From Tolypothrix carrinoi HA7290-LM1 (GTDB lineage Bacteria > Cyanobacteriota > Cyanobacteriia > Cyanobacteriales > Nostocaceae): a DNA stretch of 64,000 bases. The stretch covers positions 1-64,000 of the forward strand of contig JAHHIK010000032.1 of assembly GCA_019358935.1 (NCBI GenBank), given 5' to 3'. Made by a program: the position numbers and the translations under genes. The notes under the pieces were generated by a model. It was given only the letters and a program-made list of their open reading frames with translations. It was not told the DNA's origin and ran no database searches. Shown one piece after another: positions 51,376 to 61,504 of this stretch; the first letter of the stretch is position 1; the number at the start of each line of letters is the position of its first letter.

Positions 51376-54300
51376 GTGTTTTCACGGCAACAGTTAAGTC
51401 AACAACTTACCCAAGTTATGGGTGAGACGCTTTGCGACAGCGAACTTGACAGGTGTTTGACAGCGGTGGAAATTGTCGAACCACCACCAGCAAAGCAATT
51501 TTGGCAAGCAGCATCGGCAAAACCGGGAATTTATATTATCCTGGCGGGTAAATGCAGACTATTAGATAGTGCTGATAACTTAATTACTACTCTCACGAGC
51601 GGGGAATCATTCGGTGAGGTGACTCTGTTTCCCAAACAAGAGTTGACAAATTACGCAGCTAGGGCTTCTGTTAATTTAAAGCTTGGCTATATCCCCTTTG
51701 AAACGCTGCAATTCGTTCTTCGCGAACATCCAAGTATCGGCGATCGCATGAATGCCCGCGCAGAAATTTGCGATTTCCTACTAAGTTGTCAAAATAAACA
51801 CCAGGGAATGCTTAAAGCTTTATCTCTATTTGGACGACATCAAGTAGAAATTGGCTCTGTTGATGCCTCATTATCTGAAGATAGCAAGCTGTGGTTGTTA
51901 TACAAAGGTCAACTCAAGCACAAAGATAATTGCATCACACCAGGAAATTTCTTGGTTCCAGAAGCCGAAAAACAAACGCAATGGATGGCTACCCAAAGCA
52001 GTATCCTTTACATTCTCAAGAATTCAGATGTATCTACCGCACTACAACATTGTCCGCAATTAGCACCAATTATCGGCTCAGAACAGCCGATGACTCAGAC
52101 ATCTACGAGGAAATCTAAACCAGAACGAATTACTTCCCCGAAAAACATTATCCCCTTTCCGCAGCGCGATGGTCAAACTGCTTCACGCGATCGCACTGCA
52201 AAACCAAACTCGAAAAAACCACGCCCTTACTTTCCTTCTCCTAAAGTCGTAGCAGGGCATTTATGGGGACGCTTGAGCAAAAATTATACCTTCTTTGCTC
52301 AACACAGCGCCTCCGACTGTGGCGCAGCTTGTTTGGTAATGATTGGTCGCCACTGGGGTAAGCGTTTTAGCGTCAATAAAGTGCGCGATCTCACCAATGC
52401 TAATCGTAGCGGTGCATCTATGCGTGCCTTGGTAACAGCAGCCGAAACTCTCGGTTTTACCAGCCGTCCGGTGAAAGCGAGTCTCGACAAATTAGCAGAA
52501 CAACCACTACCAGCGATCGCTCACTGGGAAGGCAAACATTACATTGTCGTTCATGAAATCAGCAAAAAAAGAGTGATTGTCTGCGATCCGGCGATCGGTC
52601 AACGCAGCCTTACCCATGCCCAATTCAACGCCGGCTGGACTGGTTATGCATTGCTGTTGCAACCCACCACCGAATTAGAAAACGCCGAAGAAGCTACTAG
52701 TTCTTTATGGCAATTCTCTAATTTAATCAAACCTCACTGGAAGATTCTGCTAGAGGTATTTATCGCCTCTTTATTACTCCAAGTATTTGGATTAATCACG
52801 CCAATATTTACTCAGCTACTGCTAGATAGAGTGATTGTCCAGGGCAGCACCATCACTTTAACCGCTATCAGTTTAGGCTTGCTAATTTTTGGCTTCTTCA
52901 GCATCGTTATGAACGCCGTGCGGCAATATCTGCTGTCGCACACTGCCAACCGTGTGAGTGTAGCGCTGCTGGTGGGTTTTATGAAACAGACCTTCCGCTT
53001 GCCTTTGTCGTACTTTGAGTCTCGTTACGTCGGCGATATTGTTTCCCGTATCCAAGAAAACCAGAAAATACAGAGTTTCCTCACAGGGGAAACGCTATCC
53101 ATCCTTCTGGATTTATTGACAATAGTTATCTATTTGGCAGCGATGTTTTGGTACAACCGGGGCATGACGTTGCTAGTGCTGTTGATTGTGCCGCCATTTT
53201 TCATCTTGGCGTTGGCAAGTACCAATATTTTGCGGCGGATGTCGAGAGAGATTTTTAATGCTGGAGCAGAAGAGAATAGCTATCTAATTCAATCACTGAC
53301 AGGTATTCGTTCTGTGCGCTCAATGGCAATTGAGCAGACAGTGCGCTGGCGTTGGGAAGAACTGCTAAATACTTTGGTGAAAAAAGGCTTCAAGGCACAG
53401 GTAATTAACATTCGCTTGCAAGTTATCAGCGGCAGCATTGATACTTTGACATCTACAGGATTGCTGTGGTATGGGGCATCGTTGGTGATTAATCATCAAC
53501 TTACCATCGGACAATTAATTGCTTTCAATATGTTGATGGGCAATGTTATCAGTCCCTTCAAGCGATTGGCAGGAGTTTGGAATCAATTGCAAGAAATTTT
53601 CATTTCTGTGGAACGGCTGAATGATGTCTTAGAAGCGGAACCAGAAGAAGACTTGCTTACCTCTGACCGTAAGTCTTTAGGCAAACTTCGCGCTCACATC
53701 CGCTTTGATAACGTCACTTTCCGCTATCACCCAGAAAGCGATATTAACATCTTAGAAAATATCAGCTTTGAAATTAAACCAGAGCAAATGATTGCCGTGG
53801 TGGGGCGTAGCGGAAGCGGGAAAACAACACTTTCCAAATTAATTTTGGGTTTATATCCGCCGACAGATGGCAAAGTTTTCATTGATGGTCATGATATCAA
53901 GGGTATCTCTTTGCGATCGCTCAGAACCCAAATCGGTGTCGTCGATCAAGATAACTTTCTGTTTGGCGGTACAATCCGCGAGAATATCGGTATAGCTCAT
54001 CTGGACGCTTCTAATGAAGCAATTACCGAAGCGGCGCATCTAGCAGGGGCAGACGAATTTATTCAACAATTACCAATGGGTTATGAAACCCAAATCGGTG
54101 AAGGTGGCGGAATGCTTTCCGGTGGACAACGCCAACGTTTAGCGATCGCTCGTGCTTTGCTGGGTAATCCGCGCTTGTTAATTTTCGATGAAGCCACCAG
54201 TAACCTCGACGCCGAATCAGAACGCATTATTCAGAACAATTTAAAAACAATTCTCCAAGGGCGGACAAGCTTAATCATAGCCCATCGGCTTTCCACCGTG

Positions 54301-54429
54301 CGGAATGCTGACTTAATTCTGGTATTAGATGGCGGTGTCTTAGTGGAAAGCGGTACTCACGAAGACTTAATCGCTAAAAAAGGTCATTACTACTATCTGA
54401 ATCAACAACAACTCGCCCAAGCAGGTTGA
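51376..54429 (+). CDS. Peptidase C39 ABC exporter with cNMP-binding-like domain (module 2)
   Basis: Paralogue of 34913-37990 with GTG start 51376 by analogy; SDCGAACL/HWEGKH/CDPA, GRSGSGKT and LSGGQRQR. Confidence 0.93.
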   Translation: MFSRQQLSQQLTQVMGETLCDSELDRCLTAVEIVEPPPAKQFWQAASAKPGIYIILAGKCRLLDSADNLITTLTSGESFGEVTLFPKQELTNYAARASVNLKLGYIPFETLQFVLREHPSIGDRMNARAEICDFLLSCQNKHQGMLKALSLFGRHQVEIGSVDASLSEDSKLWLLYKGQLKHKDNCITPGNFLVPEAEKQTQWMATQSSILYILKNSDVSTALQHCPQLAPIIGSEQPMTQTSTRKSKPERITSPKNIIPFPQRDGQTASRDRTAKPNSKKPRPYFPSPKVVAGHLWGRLSKNYTFFAQHSASDCGAACLVMIGRHWGKRFSVNKVRDLTNANRSGASMRALVTAAETLGFTSRPVKASLDKLAEQPLPAIAHWEGKHYIVVHEISKKRVIVCDPAIGQRSLTHAQFNAGWTGYALLLQPTTELENAEEATSSLWQFSNLIKPHWKILLEVFIASLLLQVFGLITPIFTQLLLDRVIVQGSTITLTAISLGLLIFGFFSIVMNAVRQYLLSHTANRVSVALLVGFMKQTFRLPLSYFESRYVGDIVSRIQENQKIQSFLTGETLSILLDLLTIVIYLAAMFWYNRGMTLLVLLIVPPFFILALASTNILRRMSREIFNAGAEENSYLIQSLTGIRSVRSMAIEQTVRWRWEELLNTLVKKGFKAQVINIRLQVISGSIDTLTSTGLLWYGASLVINHQLTIGQLIAFNMLMGNVISPFKRLAGVWNQLQEIFISVERLNDVLEAEPEEDLLTSDRKSLGKLRAHIRFDNVTFRYHPESDINILENISFEIKPEQMIAVVGRSGSGKTTLSKLILGLYPPTDGKVFIDGHDIKGISLRSLRTQIGVVDQDNFLFGGTIRENIGIAHLDASNEAITEAAHLAGADEFIQQLPMGYETQIGEGGGMLSGGQRQRLAIARALLGNPRLLIFDEATSNLDAESERIIQNNLKTILQGRTSLIIAHRLSTVRNADLILVLDGGVLVESGTHEDLIAKKGHYYYLNQQQLAQAG

Positions 54430-54615
54430 GTCAAAAGTCAAAAGTTGGGAGTTAGGAGTTAGGAGTTAGGAGTTAGGAGTTAGGAGTTAGGAGTTAAGAG
54501 TTAGGAGTTAGGAGTTAGGAGTTCTTATTCTCCCCCTTGTCCCCACACCCGTCGCCCTTGTCCCCTTGTCCCCCCCTCTCCCCCTCTCCCCCTCTCCCCC
54601 TCCCCCCCCTCCCCA
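54430..54615. repeat. STRR arrays (GGAGTTA)n plus C-rich repeats between ABC and HlyD genes
   Basis: Direct inspection. Confidence 0.9.
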
Positions 54616-54631
54616 TCGTGGAAAGGAAACT

Positions 54632-56188
54632 ATGCCACACCCATCCCGCAATTCACCATCCCCCCTTGCACATATAGAAGCCTCGGAGCCAGATAAAGCT
54701 TACATTGATAACCGTGAATCTACTGAGATAAATCCTCAGACAGAAGAAACCAGCGAAGCGAAGGAATGGTTCTACGGAACCGAAGAACTGTTAGATGCCT
54801 TACCCAGAGTTTGGACACGCTCTTTGGTGTATATGCTAACTAGCTTTGTCGTGATTATCATACCTTGGTCAATTCTCTCTAAAGTCGATGAAACCGGAAG
54901 CGCTAGAGGACGGATAGAACCCAAAGGAGCAACGCAAAAATTAGATAGTCGCTCTGGGGGTAGCGTCACTGCTGTCAGAGTCAAAGAAGGAGACAACGTA
55001 ACAACAGGGCAAATTCTCCTAGAACTGGAATCTGATGTTCTGCAAACCGATTTGCAACAAGCAGAAGCCAAGTTTTCTGGACTACAAAACCAGCAGGCAC
55101 AACAAGAACTACTCAAAAACCAATTACAGTTAGCAATTAGCGTTCAAGAGCAACAAAACAAATCTCAAGAATTAGAAAAGATTGCCCAAATTAATCAAGC
55201 ACGGCAGAATCTTGAAGCTAAACAGAGTAGTTACAATTTACAAAAGTTAGAAAAACAGTCATTAGTCAGTCAAGCGCAGCAACAGATTAGCACCAGTCAG
55301 AATGACCAAAAGTCGGCTGAAAGTCGTTTAAGTATAGATTCCAGACAAGTCGAACGCTTTAGCCAACTCGTAAAGGATGGTGCGGTTTCCGTAAACCAAA
55401 TTGACCAACTCCGAAAAGAAGAACAAGAAAGCAAACGACTTTACCAGAAAGCGCAATCCGATGTCAAACAAGCTCAATTACGTTTAGCTGAAGAACTCAG
55501 TCGCTATCAGACAACAATTAACCAGTTGGAGTCTGATATCAAGCAAGCAAAACTTAGACTGCAAGAGGAGCAAAGTAGCTATCAAAGTGTGGTGAATGCT
55601 GGGAAACTAGCTGTGCTGAAAACTCAGGAACAGCTGAAATCGCTGCAAACGCAAATCGGTGATGCGCGATCGCAAATCGTTCAAACCCGAAGCCAGATTA
55701 TATCCCTAAAGCTTCAGTTAAAGCAAAGAATAGTGCGATCGCCTGTTGATGGCATGATTTTTGAATTACCAGTTTCCAAGCCAGGAGCCGTATTACAACC
55801 CGGTCAAAGGATTGCCCAAATTGCCCCGAAAAATGCTGGCTTCGTACTCAAAGCGAATATACCCAGCCAAGAAAGTGGCTTCTTGAAAGTAGGAATGCCA
55901 GTAAAAATAAAATTCGATGCCTATCCATTCCAAGAATATGGAATAGTTCAAGGGCGCGTCAATTGGATTTCACCTGATACGAAAGTGCAGCAAACACCCC
56001 AAGGTAATATCGAAAGCTTTGAATTAGAAATTACCTTGGATAAACCTTATATTCAGAATGGCAATCAACACATTCAATTAAGCCCCGGTCAAACAGCAAC
56101 AGCCGAGGTAATTGTTCGCCAGCGACGCATCATTGACTTCATCTTAGAGCCATTTCAAAAGTTCCAAAAAGGCGGTATAGAACTTTAG
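54632..56188 (+). CDS. HlyD family membrane fusion protein (module 2)
   Basis: Paralogue of 38243-39796; AAGGA RBS before ATG 54632. Confidence 0.93.
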   Translation: MPHPSRNSPSPLAHIEASEPDKAYIDNRESTEINPQTEETSEAKEWFYGTEELLDALPRVWTRSLVYMLTSFVVIIIPWSILSKVDETGSARGRIEPKGATQKLDSRSGGSVTAVRVKEGDNVTTGQILLELESDVLQTDLQQAEAKFSGLQNQQAQQELLKNQLQLAISVQEQQNKSQELEKIAQINQARQNLEAKQSSYNLQKLEKQSLVSQAQQQISTSQNDQKSAESRLSIDSRQVERFSQLVKDGAVSVNQIDQLRKEEQESKRLYQKAQSDVKQAQLRLAEELSRYQTTINQLESDIKQAKLRLQEEQSSYQSVVNAGKLAVLKTQEQLKSLQTQIGDARSQIVQTRSQIISLKLQLKQRIVRSPVDGMIFELPVSKPGAVLQPGQRIAQIAPKNAGFVLKANIPSQESGFLKVGMPVKIKFDAYPFQEYGIVQGRVNWISPDTKVQQTPQGNIESFELEITLDKPYIQNGNQHIQLSPGQTATAEVIVRQRRIIDFILEPFQKFQKGGIEL

Positions 56189-56349
56189 TCATTGGGCGTA
56201 TCTGCTTGACTGTTCGTAGTGAGCGGTAAACCCTTCGGGTTCGCCAGTCGCTCATGGGGGAAACCCCCAAGACCGCGCTGGCTCACCGCTCATAGCAAGG
56301 ATTTTAAGCACGCTTTGTGCTTACTACAATTCTCCCTTGGTACTATATC

Positions 56350-57132
56350 ATGTCCACACCTCTTTTTATTTCGCCTGAAGACATAATTCACTGCATTAAA
56401 CTATCTTGCCAAGTTCCTGATTTAGTAGAGGCTATAGCTAGGCAAAAAATTATTGTCGATGCTGCAACAGAAGCAGGTATTAAAGTCGCAGAATCAGAAC
56501 TTCAGCAAGAAGGAGATAGGCTACGGTTTGCAAGAAAACTTGTCAAAGCAGCAGACACCTTAGCATGGTTAAAAAGACATCATCTTTCTGTCGAAGACTT
56601 TGAAGAGTTAGTTCATAAAGACATACTCGCAAAGAAATTAGCTTTTCATCTATTTGCAGATAAAGTCGAAGCGTTCTTTTATCAAAACAAGCTCAATTAT
56701 TTTGGCGCAGTTACTTATGAAATCATCTTTGATGATAGAGACGTGGCGTTGGAATTATTTTATGCACTGCAAGAAGGCGAAGTTAGTTTTCAAGAAATCG
56801 CCCGCGAGTACATCCTAAATCCAGAAATCCGCCGCGTTGGTGGATATCAAGGAATCAAAAGACGCGGAGAATTTCGCCCAGAAATCGCTGCGGCTGTATT
56901 TGCTGCCACTCCCCCAGAGATTCTCAAGCCAATCACCACGCCAAAAGGTGTGTATTTAATTTTGGTAGAAGAAATAATTCAACCCGAATTAGATGAGCGA
57001 TCGCGTAGCAATATTTTGCAAGAATTGTTTTCTGATTGGTTAAAGCAACAGATTGAGAAACAAGAAATTTTGATTGATTTGGAAGGGGATAAAAATTCTC
57101 AGCCAGTACAGCCACTTACACAACCAGCTTAA
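56350..57132 (+). CDS. PpiC/SurA-type peptidylprolyl isomerase (module 2)
   Basis: Paralogue of 40365-41147; ATG 56350 gives the same 260-aa length. Confidence 0.88.
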   Translation: MSTPLFISPEDIIHCIKLSCQVPDLVEAIARQKIIVDAATEAGIKVAESELQQEGDRLRFARKLVKAADTLAWLKRHHLSVEDFEELVHKDILAKKLAFHLFADKVEAFFYQNKLNYFGAVTYEIIFDDRDVALELFYALQEGEVSFQEIAREYILNPEIRRVGGYQGIKRRGEFRPEIAAAVFAATPPEILKPITTPKGVYLILVEEIIQPELDERSRSNILQELFSDWLKQQIEKQEILIDLEGDKNSQPVQPLTQPA

Positions 57133-57533
57133 TTGCGTCCTAGGGTTTACCAAAAATTTAATACGAGCTTGTATTTGATGTCTCATAAACTATCTTTTTG
57201 TGGTTAAAAATATGTCTCAATTTGATGATTTCCCATGAAATTTTGGAGATAAAAGTTATTTTAAATAATATTATTTCTACTCCCTAAGTTAAGAGAGATA
57301 GAACTTTTTAGGCATTTAAAAAGTTTTGCTCACCCTTATTTAGGAGTATTTTGCTGTTTATAAAAAAAATAATTAAGATGATAAAAAAGAAAAAAAGTTT
57401 TTATAAAATTGCAAAAATATTTCTAAAAACTATTGTTTAAATAATTAGATACTGTTAAATTAATAGTGTCACCAAAAGAAAACAACTTGGTGGCATGTAA
57501 ACCAGAAAAAACAACAATTTCAAGGAAACAACC

Positions 57534-57779
57534 ATGATTATTTCAGATATCTCTCACATCGAAGTTGCAACCGAAGACAACAACATTCAAGGCGGATATG
57601 CATCTGCTTATGCTTCTTCAAATGCATCTGCATATGGTCCAAACTTTGCTGTTACCTCTACTAGCACTTATACAAATGCTAACAAAGGTTCCTACTACTA
57701 CGGCGGCGGCGGCTACGGCTACGGCTACGGCTACAACAGCGCCACCTCTGGCTCTGGCTCTAGTTCAACGGCAGCTTAG
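57534..57779 (+). CDS. Double-glycine leader secreted protein, class A (S/Y/G/A-rich)
   Basis: Leader MIISDISHIEVATEDNNIQGG; mature region contains YYYGGGGYGYGYGY. Confidence 0.85.
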   Translation: MIISDISHIEVATEDNNIQGGYASAYASSNASAYGPNFAVTSTSTYTNANKGSYYYGGGGYGYGYGYNSATSGSGSSSTAA

Positions 57780-57880
57780 GCATTAATATGGCAACCGCCA
57801 TATTAAGAGGTTATTTCTAAAGTTCCTTCGCTTCGTTATGAATAGTTGAGAACTTTGAAAATAATCACTTGAAAAATAAA

Positions 57881-57912
57881 ATCGCTGAAAGCTGTTAAAA
57901 GCTTTCAGCGAT
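57881..57912 (+). terminator. Stem-loop between class A and class B genes
   Basis: ATCGCTGAAAGCT/AGCTTTCAGCGAT perfect 13-bp stem; another hairpin at 57783-57806. Confidence 0.65.
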
Positions 57913-57936
57913 ATAGCTATCTCAAGAAGGTGACTT

Positions 57937-58233
57937 ATGAGCAGAATAACAATTCTTGACCTCAGCTTTTGTGAAAGTGAAATTTCTGGTAGTAGTCAAA
58001 TCCAAGGGGGAATAGGAATTACCGTTTACTCCCCTACAGGAACGTGGTCAGTTAGTGCTGATTCCGCTCATTCTCACAGCCACTATACAAACCACTTCTT
58101 TGACAAAGAAACTGGTAGTTATGGCTATGTAGTCGCGGCTCAATTTAGCGGAGCAGTCGCTGGTGCAGCAGCTGGCGCTGCTAGTGATGGCACTCAGTAT
58201 GCCTCATCTTATTCCGGCACCACCGCTTACTAG
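57937..58233 (+). CDS. Double-glycine leader secreted protein, class B
   Basis: Leader MSRITILDLSFCESEISGSSQIQGG shares I.DLSFCE with the 42408 gene. Confidence 0.82.
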   Translation: MSRITILDLSFCESEISGSSQIQGGIGITVYSPTGTWSVSADSAHSHSHYTNHFFDKETGSYGYVVAAQFSGAVAGAAAGAASDGTQYASSYSGTTAY

Positions 58234-58348
58234 CTTAATTTGAATAGGAATGAGCGCAAAAATAATTGTAAGGCACATTATACAGTCGCGGTAATTCATG
58301 AATTACCGCTACTTACGACGTCGGATTGCGTAAGTCCTGTTCAATTCA

Positions 58349-58393
58349 AAAAGCTATTGAGTACTGCCTTAACATGGCTACTCAATAGCTTTT
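58349..58393. terminator. Bidirectional terminator candidate between convergent genes
   Basis: AAAAGCTATTGAGTA/TACTCAATAGCTTTT 15-bp IR. Confidence 0.65.
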
Positions 58394-58654
58394 CTGCATT
58401 TATCTAGAGACTAAAATTAACGTGAGTTCGACAAAAAGAACCCCTCTCCAAACCTCTCCCCCACCTCTCCCTAACCCTCCCCTACAAGGGGAGGGAAGAG
58501 GAGCAGCTTTTATTACTGGAGAGGCTTAAAAACCTTAATTTTTAGCTTCTTACCTTGTAGGGAAGGGGTTGGGGTTAGGTCCATCGAATTCACGTTAAAA
58601 TTAGGAATGAGTCTTGAAGTCTATTCCACAAAGATGGCTTAGACAACTAATAAA

Positions 58655-59485
58655 TCACTTGCGCCTAACGCGCCCAAAAGCAATACTTTTACGCTTGAAA
58701 GCAACACCAATTAAGCCAGCTAGTAAAAAAGAAGCTACATTAGATGCTTCAGGTACTGTAGCAACTCTAGCCTGATTCCCTTCAAATTCTATCAAACGCA
58801 GATTTATTTTGTCAGTAAAAGTACGTTGATAATAACCTTCAAAATAAGCTTTAGCAAGTTCTTCGTTTCCTCCAAAAATCTTTTCTTGGCTTTGACGACT
58901 GAAACTGATATTGTCAGTGTTTTGTAATTCTAGACTATCGCCATTGCCTGCGGTGTTGAGATTACCGACAACGCTAAAATAGTCTACAATACTGTGATTA
59001 TCGATGTCGAATAAAGCAAAAGATGTTGTGCCAGTGGCTATAGCATTTTCTAACTGTGGGTTATCTATTGCTGTTAGCAGATTCAGGTGACTTGTAAAGT
59101 TGAAAGAAAAAGATTGATTGGCTTCTATAGCAAAGTCAGCAATAACTTGGGCGAAACTTTTTGCTATACCAAAGTATTTTTCCCCTTTACCCGAAGCTTG
59201 GCTGAAAGCAAAATTGCTTGCAGATGGTTTTGGTGTATTGTAAAAAGTTGCTTGTGCATTTGCTTGTGCATTTACTGTGCCTTTGTTGGCATTAGTAAAA
59301 GTGTCAGTATTACTTCTAACTATAGGCTCGGCAGAAAGGCTTTGATTGAAATCTGTAAATTTTACTTCACTCTTAGATAAAGCCAAACTAGCAGCTTGAC
59401 TTGGTGTGCTTGCTAACACAGAACTTGCTACCATCGGCGTAGCTAATAGCAATAGGCGCTTAACAAATTTTCTGTATTTTTTCAT
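58655..59485 (-). CDS. PEP-CTERM sorting domain surface protein (module 2)
   Basis: Start at MKKYRKFVKRLLLLATP by homology with 47765-48598; shared FALFD...FSVVGNL; C-terminal VPEAS + TM + KRK. Confidence 0.85.
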   Translation of the reverse strand: MKKYRKFVKRLLLLATPMVASSVLASTPSQAASLALSKSEVKFTDFNQSLSAEPIVRSNTDTFTNANKGTVNAQANAQATFYNTPKPSASNFAFSQASGKGEKYFGIAKSFAQVIADFAIEANQSFSFNFTSHLNLLTAIDNPQLENAIATGTTSFALFDIDNHSIVDYFSVVGNLNTAGNGDSLELQNTDNISFSRQSQEKIFGGNEELAKAYFEGYYQRTFTDKINLRLIEFEGNQARVATVPEASNVASFLLAGLIGVAFKRKSIAFGRVRRK

Positions 59486-59959
59486 GTAAATGCTATGTGT
59501 ATATTTTTGACGTTTACGTAATCTATTAGTGGTTAGGCGATCGCCAATTTTGGCATATTGAGCTGGGAAAATTCTCAAGCCCATTAATCACCTTTCAAGG
59601 CACCCTTCAAGGTAAATTTGTTGTTGATAAATGATTTAACCGTCTTTGCACCCAAAAAACGGTAATGCAGTTAGAAAATTATGCTTACGTAAATATACTA
59701 AAATAACACCAAATATAACTGTGTAATTTTTACGTAAAATGATTTAATTTTACCATCAAGTTAACGATAGTTTCCTGTAAAGACACTGAAGTATGACTAG
59801 TACAAAACCATACTAAATTACATAGATTACTTATTCAGTAATCTATGTAATTTTCCGGAAGATTTTGAAAATGATTCCGTAGAAGAATTCCAAAACAACT
59901 AAACTAAAAAAGTAGGGGCGATTAATCGCCCCTACCTTGCACAAATGAAGATATATTAA

Positions 59960-61462
59960 TTAATTCTGCGCTTGTGGTTGCGGTGAACCGGGAATTGTTA
60001 CATCTATCGCTGTCACCTGTGCTGCTAACTGCGTCAGTGGAGGGTTAATAGCAGTTTGATTCCCCACTACCAGTGTCACCATATTTTCTGGCTTGAGATA
60101 TTTCTGCGCTACTCGTTGCACATCCGAAGCTGTAGTTGCAGCTACGGCTTTTTGATAGCGGAAGAGAAAATCAGCCGGATAGCCGTAATATTCGTAGCGC
60201 ATCAAACGTGATAAAGTTTGTGTGGGGTCTTGAAAATTGAAAACAAACGAGTTGAGCGTAGACTCTTTAGCAAAAGCCAATTCCTTGGGAGTGACTTTTT
60301 CAGTTTGGGTGCGCTTGATTTGAGTTTGCATAGCTTTGACAAACTGGACAGTAGCATCGGATCGCGTTTGTCCCCCAGCAATGAATACCCCTGGATAATC
60401 AAAGCGGGGACTCCAATAACCGGATACAGAGTAAGCTAAACCTTGACGCGATCGCACTTCATTAAACAAGCGTCCACCAAATCCATTTAACACTTCATTC
60501 AACACACCCAACGCCGGATAATCGGGACTGTTGAACTGTCCGCCCAAATGCCCGATGAGAATGTTACTCTGAGTCAGTTGTGGCTGATTGACAAAAAACA
60601 CACCACCTGTTTTCGCTTGCTTCACAGCAGGTAACTGAAGTTTAGGCAAATTTGGATTAGCCTTCCAATCACCAAACTTAGCTTGAACAAGTTCGCGCAT
60701 TTTCTTCGAGTCAAAATCCCCAACAATCCCCAAAATCATATTATTCGGGTAAAAATATTGCTGATAAAACTGACTCAAATCCTCACGCGAAATCTTATCT
60801 ATCGTTGCATACTCCGTCGTTCTGGCATAAGGGCTATCCTTGCCATAAATCAACTTACCAAATTCCCGACTGGCAATATCATCAGGATCGTCATTGCGTC
60901 GAGAAATACTACCTTTCTCCTGCGTCTTCGCCAACTCCAGCTTATCAGCAGCAAACACCGGCTCTCGCAGCACTTCCGCAAACAGCCCAAACACCGTTTC
61001 TAAATCTTCAGTAAGCGACTCAAAACCAGCACCAGCCGAAGTCTCACCAATACTAGTTTCCACCGAAGCCGCTCGTTGTTCCAACATTTGATTTAGCTGA
61101 TCCGGAGTATGCTTGCGAGTTCCTCCAGTTCGCATCACCTCCCCAGTAAACTCAGCCAAACCGATTTTATCAGCCGGTTCAAAGCGATCGCCAGTACGCA
61201 CCAAAGCACTACCACTCACCAACGGCAGCTCGCGATCCTCCATCAAATATACAACCATACCATTTTGCAGCACAAAGCGATCGTACTTCGGCAACTTCAC
61301 CTCAGGTAAAGGTGCAAACCGCAACTCAGTATACGGCTTCGCTCCCGGCGCCGCCACAGCAAAATCAAACATTCCCAAAAGCAACAGGGTAAAACAAAGC
61401 ATCAACGAATACAACAACCTTTTCCCCATTACCCTCTTCCTCTTACCCCTTACCTTACGCAT
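59960..61462 (-). CDS. M16 (pitrilysin) family peptidase-like subunit lacking HxxEH
   Basis: LQNGMVVYL, RLFNEVRSRQGLAYSV; no HxxEH motif; start uncertain. Confidence 0.88.
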   Translation of the reverse strand: MRKVRGKRKRVMGKRLLYSLMLCFTLLLLGMFDFAVAAPGAKPYTELRFAPLPEVKLPKYDRFVLQNGMVVYLMEDRELPLVSGSALVRTGDRFEPADKIGLAEFTGEVMRTGGTRKHTPDQLNQMLEQRAASVETSIGETSAGAGFESLTEDLETVFGLFAEVLREPVFAADKLELAKTQEKGSISRRNDDPDDIASREFGKLIYGKDSPYARTTEYATIDKISREDLSQFYQQYFYPNNMILGIVGDFDSKKMRELVQAKFGDWKANPNLPKLQLPAVKQAKTGGVFFVNQPQLTQSNILIGHLGGQFNSPDYPALGVLNEVLNGFGGRLFNEVRSRQGLAYSVSGYWSPRFDYPGVFIAGGQTRSDATVQFVKAMQTQIKRTQTEKVTPKELAFAKESTLNSFVFNFQDPTQTLSRLMRYEYYGYPADFLFRYQKAVAATTASDVQRVAQKYLKPENMVTLVVGNQTAINPPLTQLAAQVTAIDVTIPGSPQPQAQN

Positions 61463-61504
61463 AATCTCTTCCTTCGCGTCCTTCGCGTCTTCGCGGTTCG
61501 TTTC

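Noticed and set aside
59800..59860. NtcA-like GTACAAAACCATAC and DIF1-like TCCGGA upstream of PEP-CTERM 2
   Set aside because: Short motifs that I did not see upstream of the paralogous gene; likely chance.
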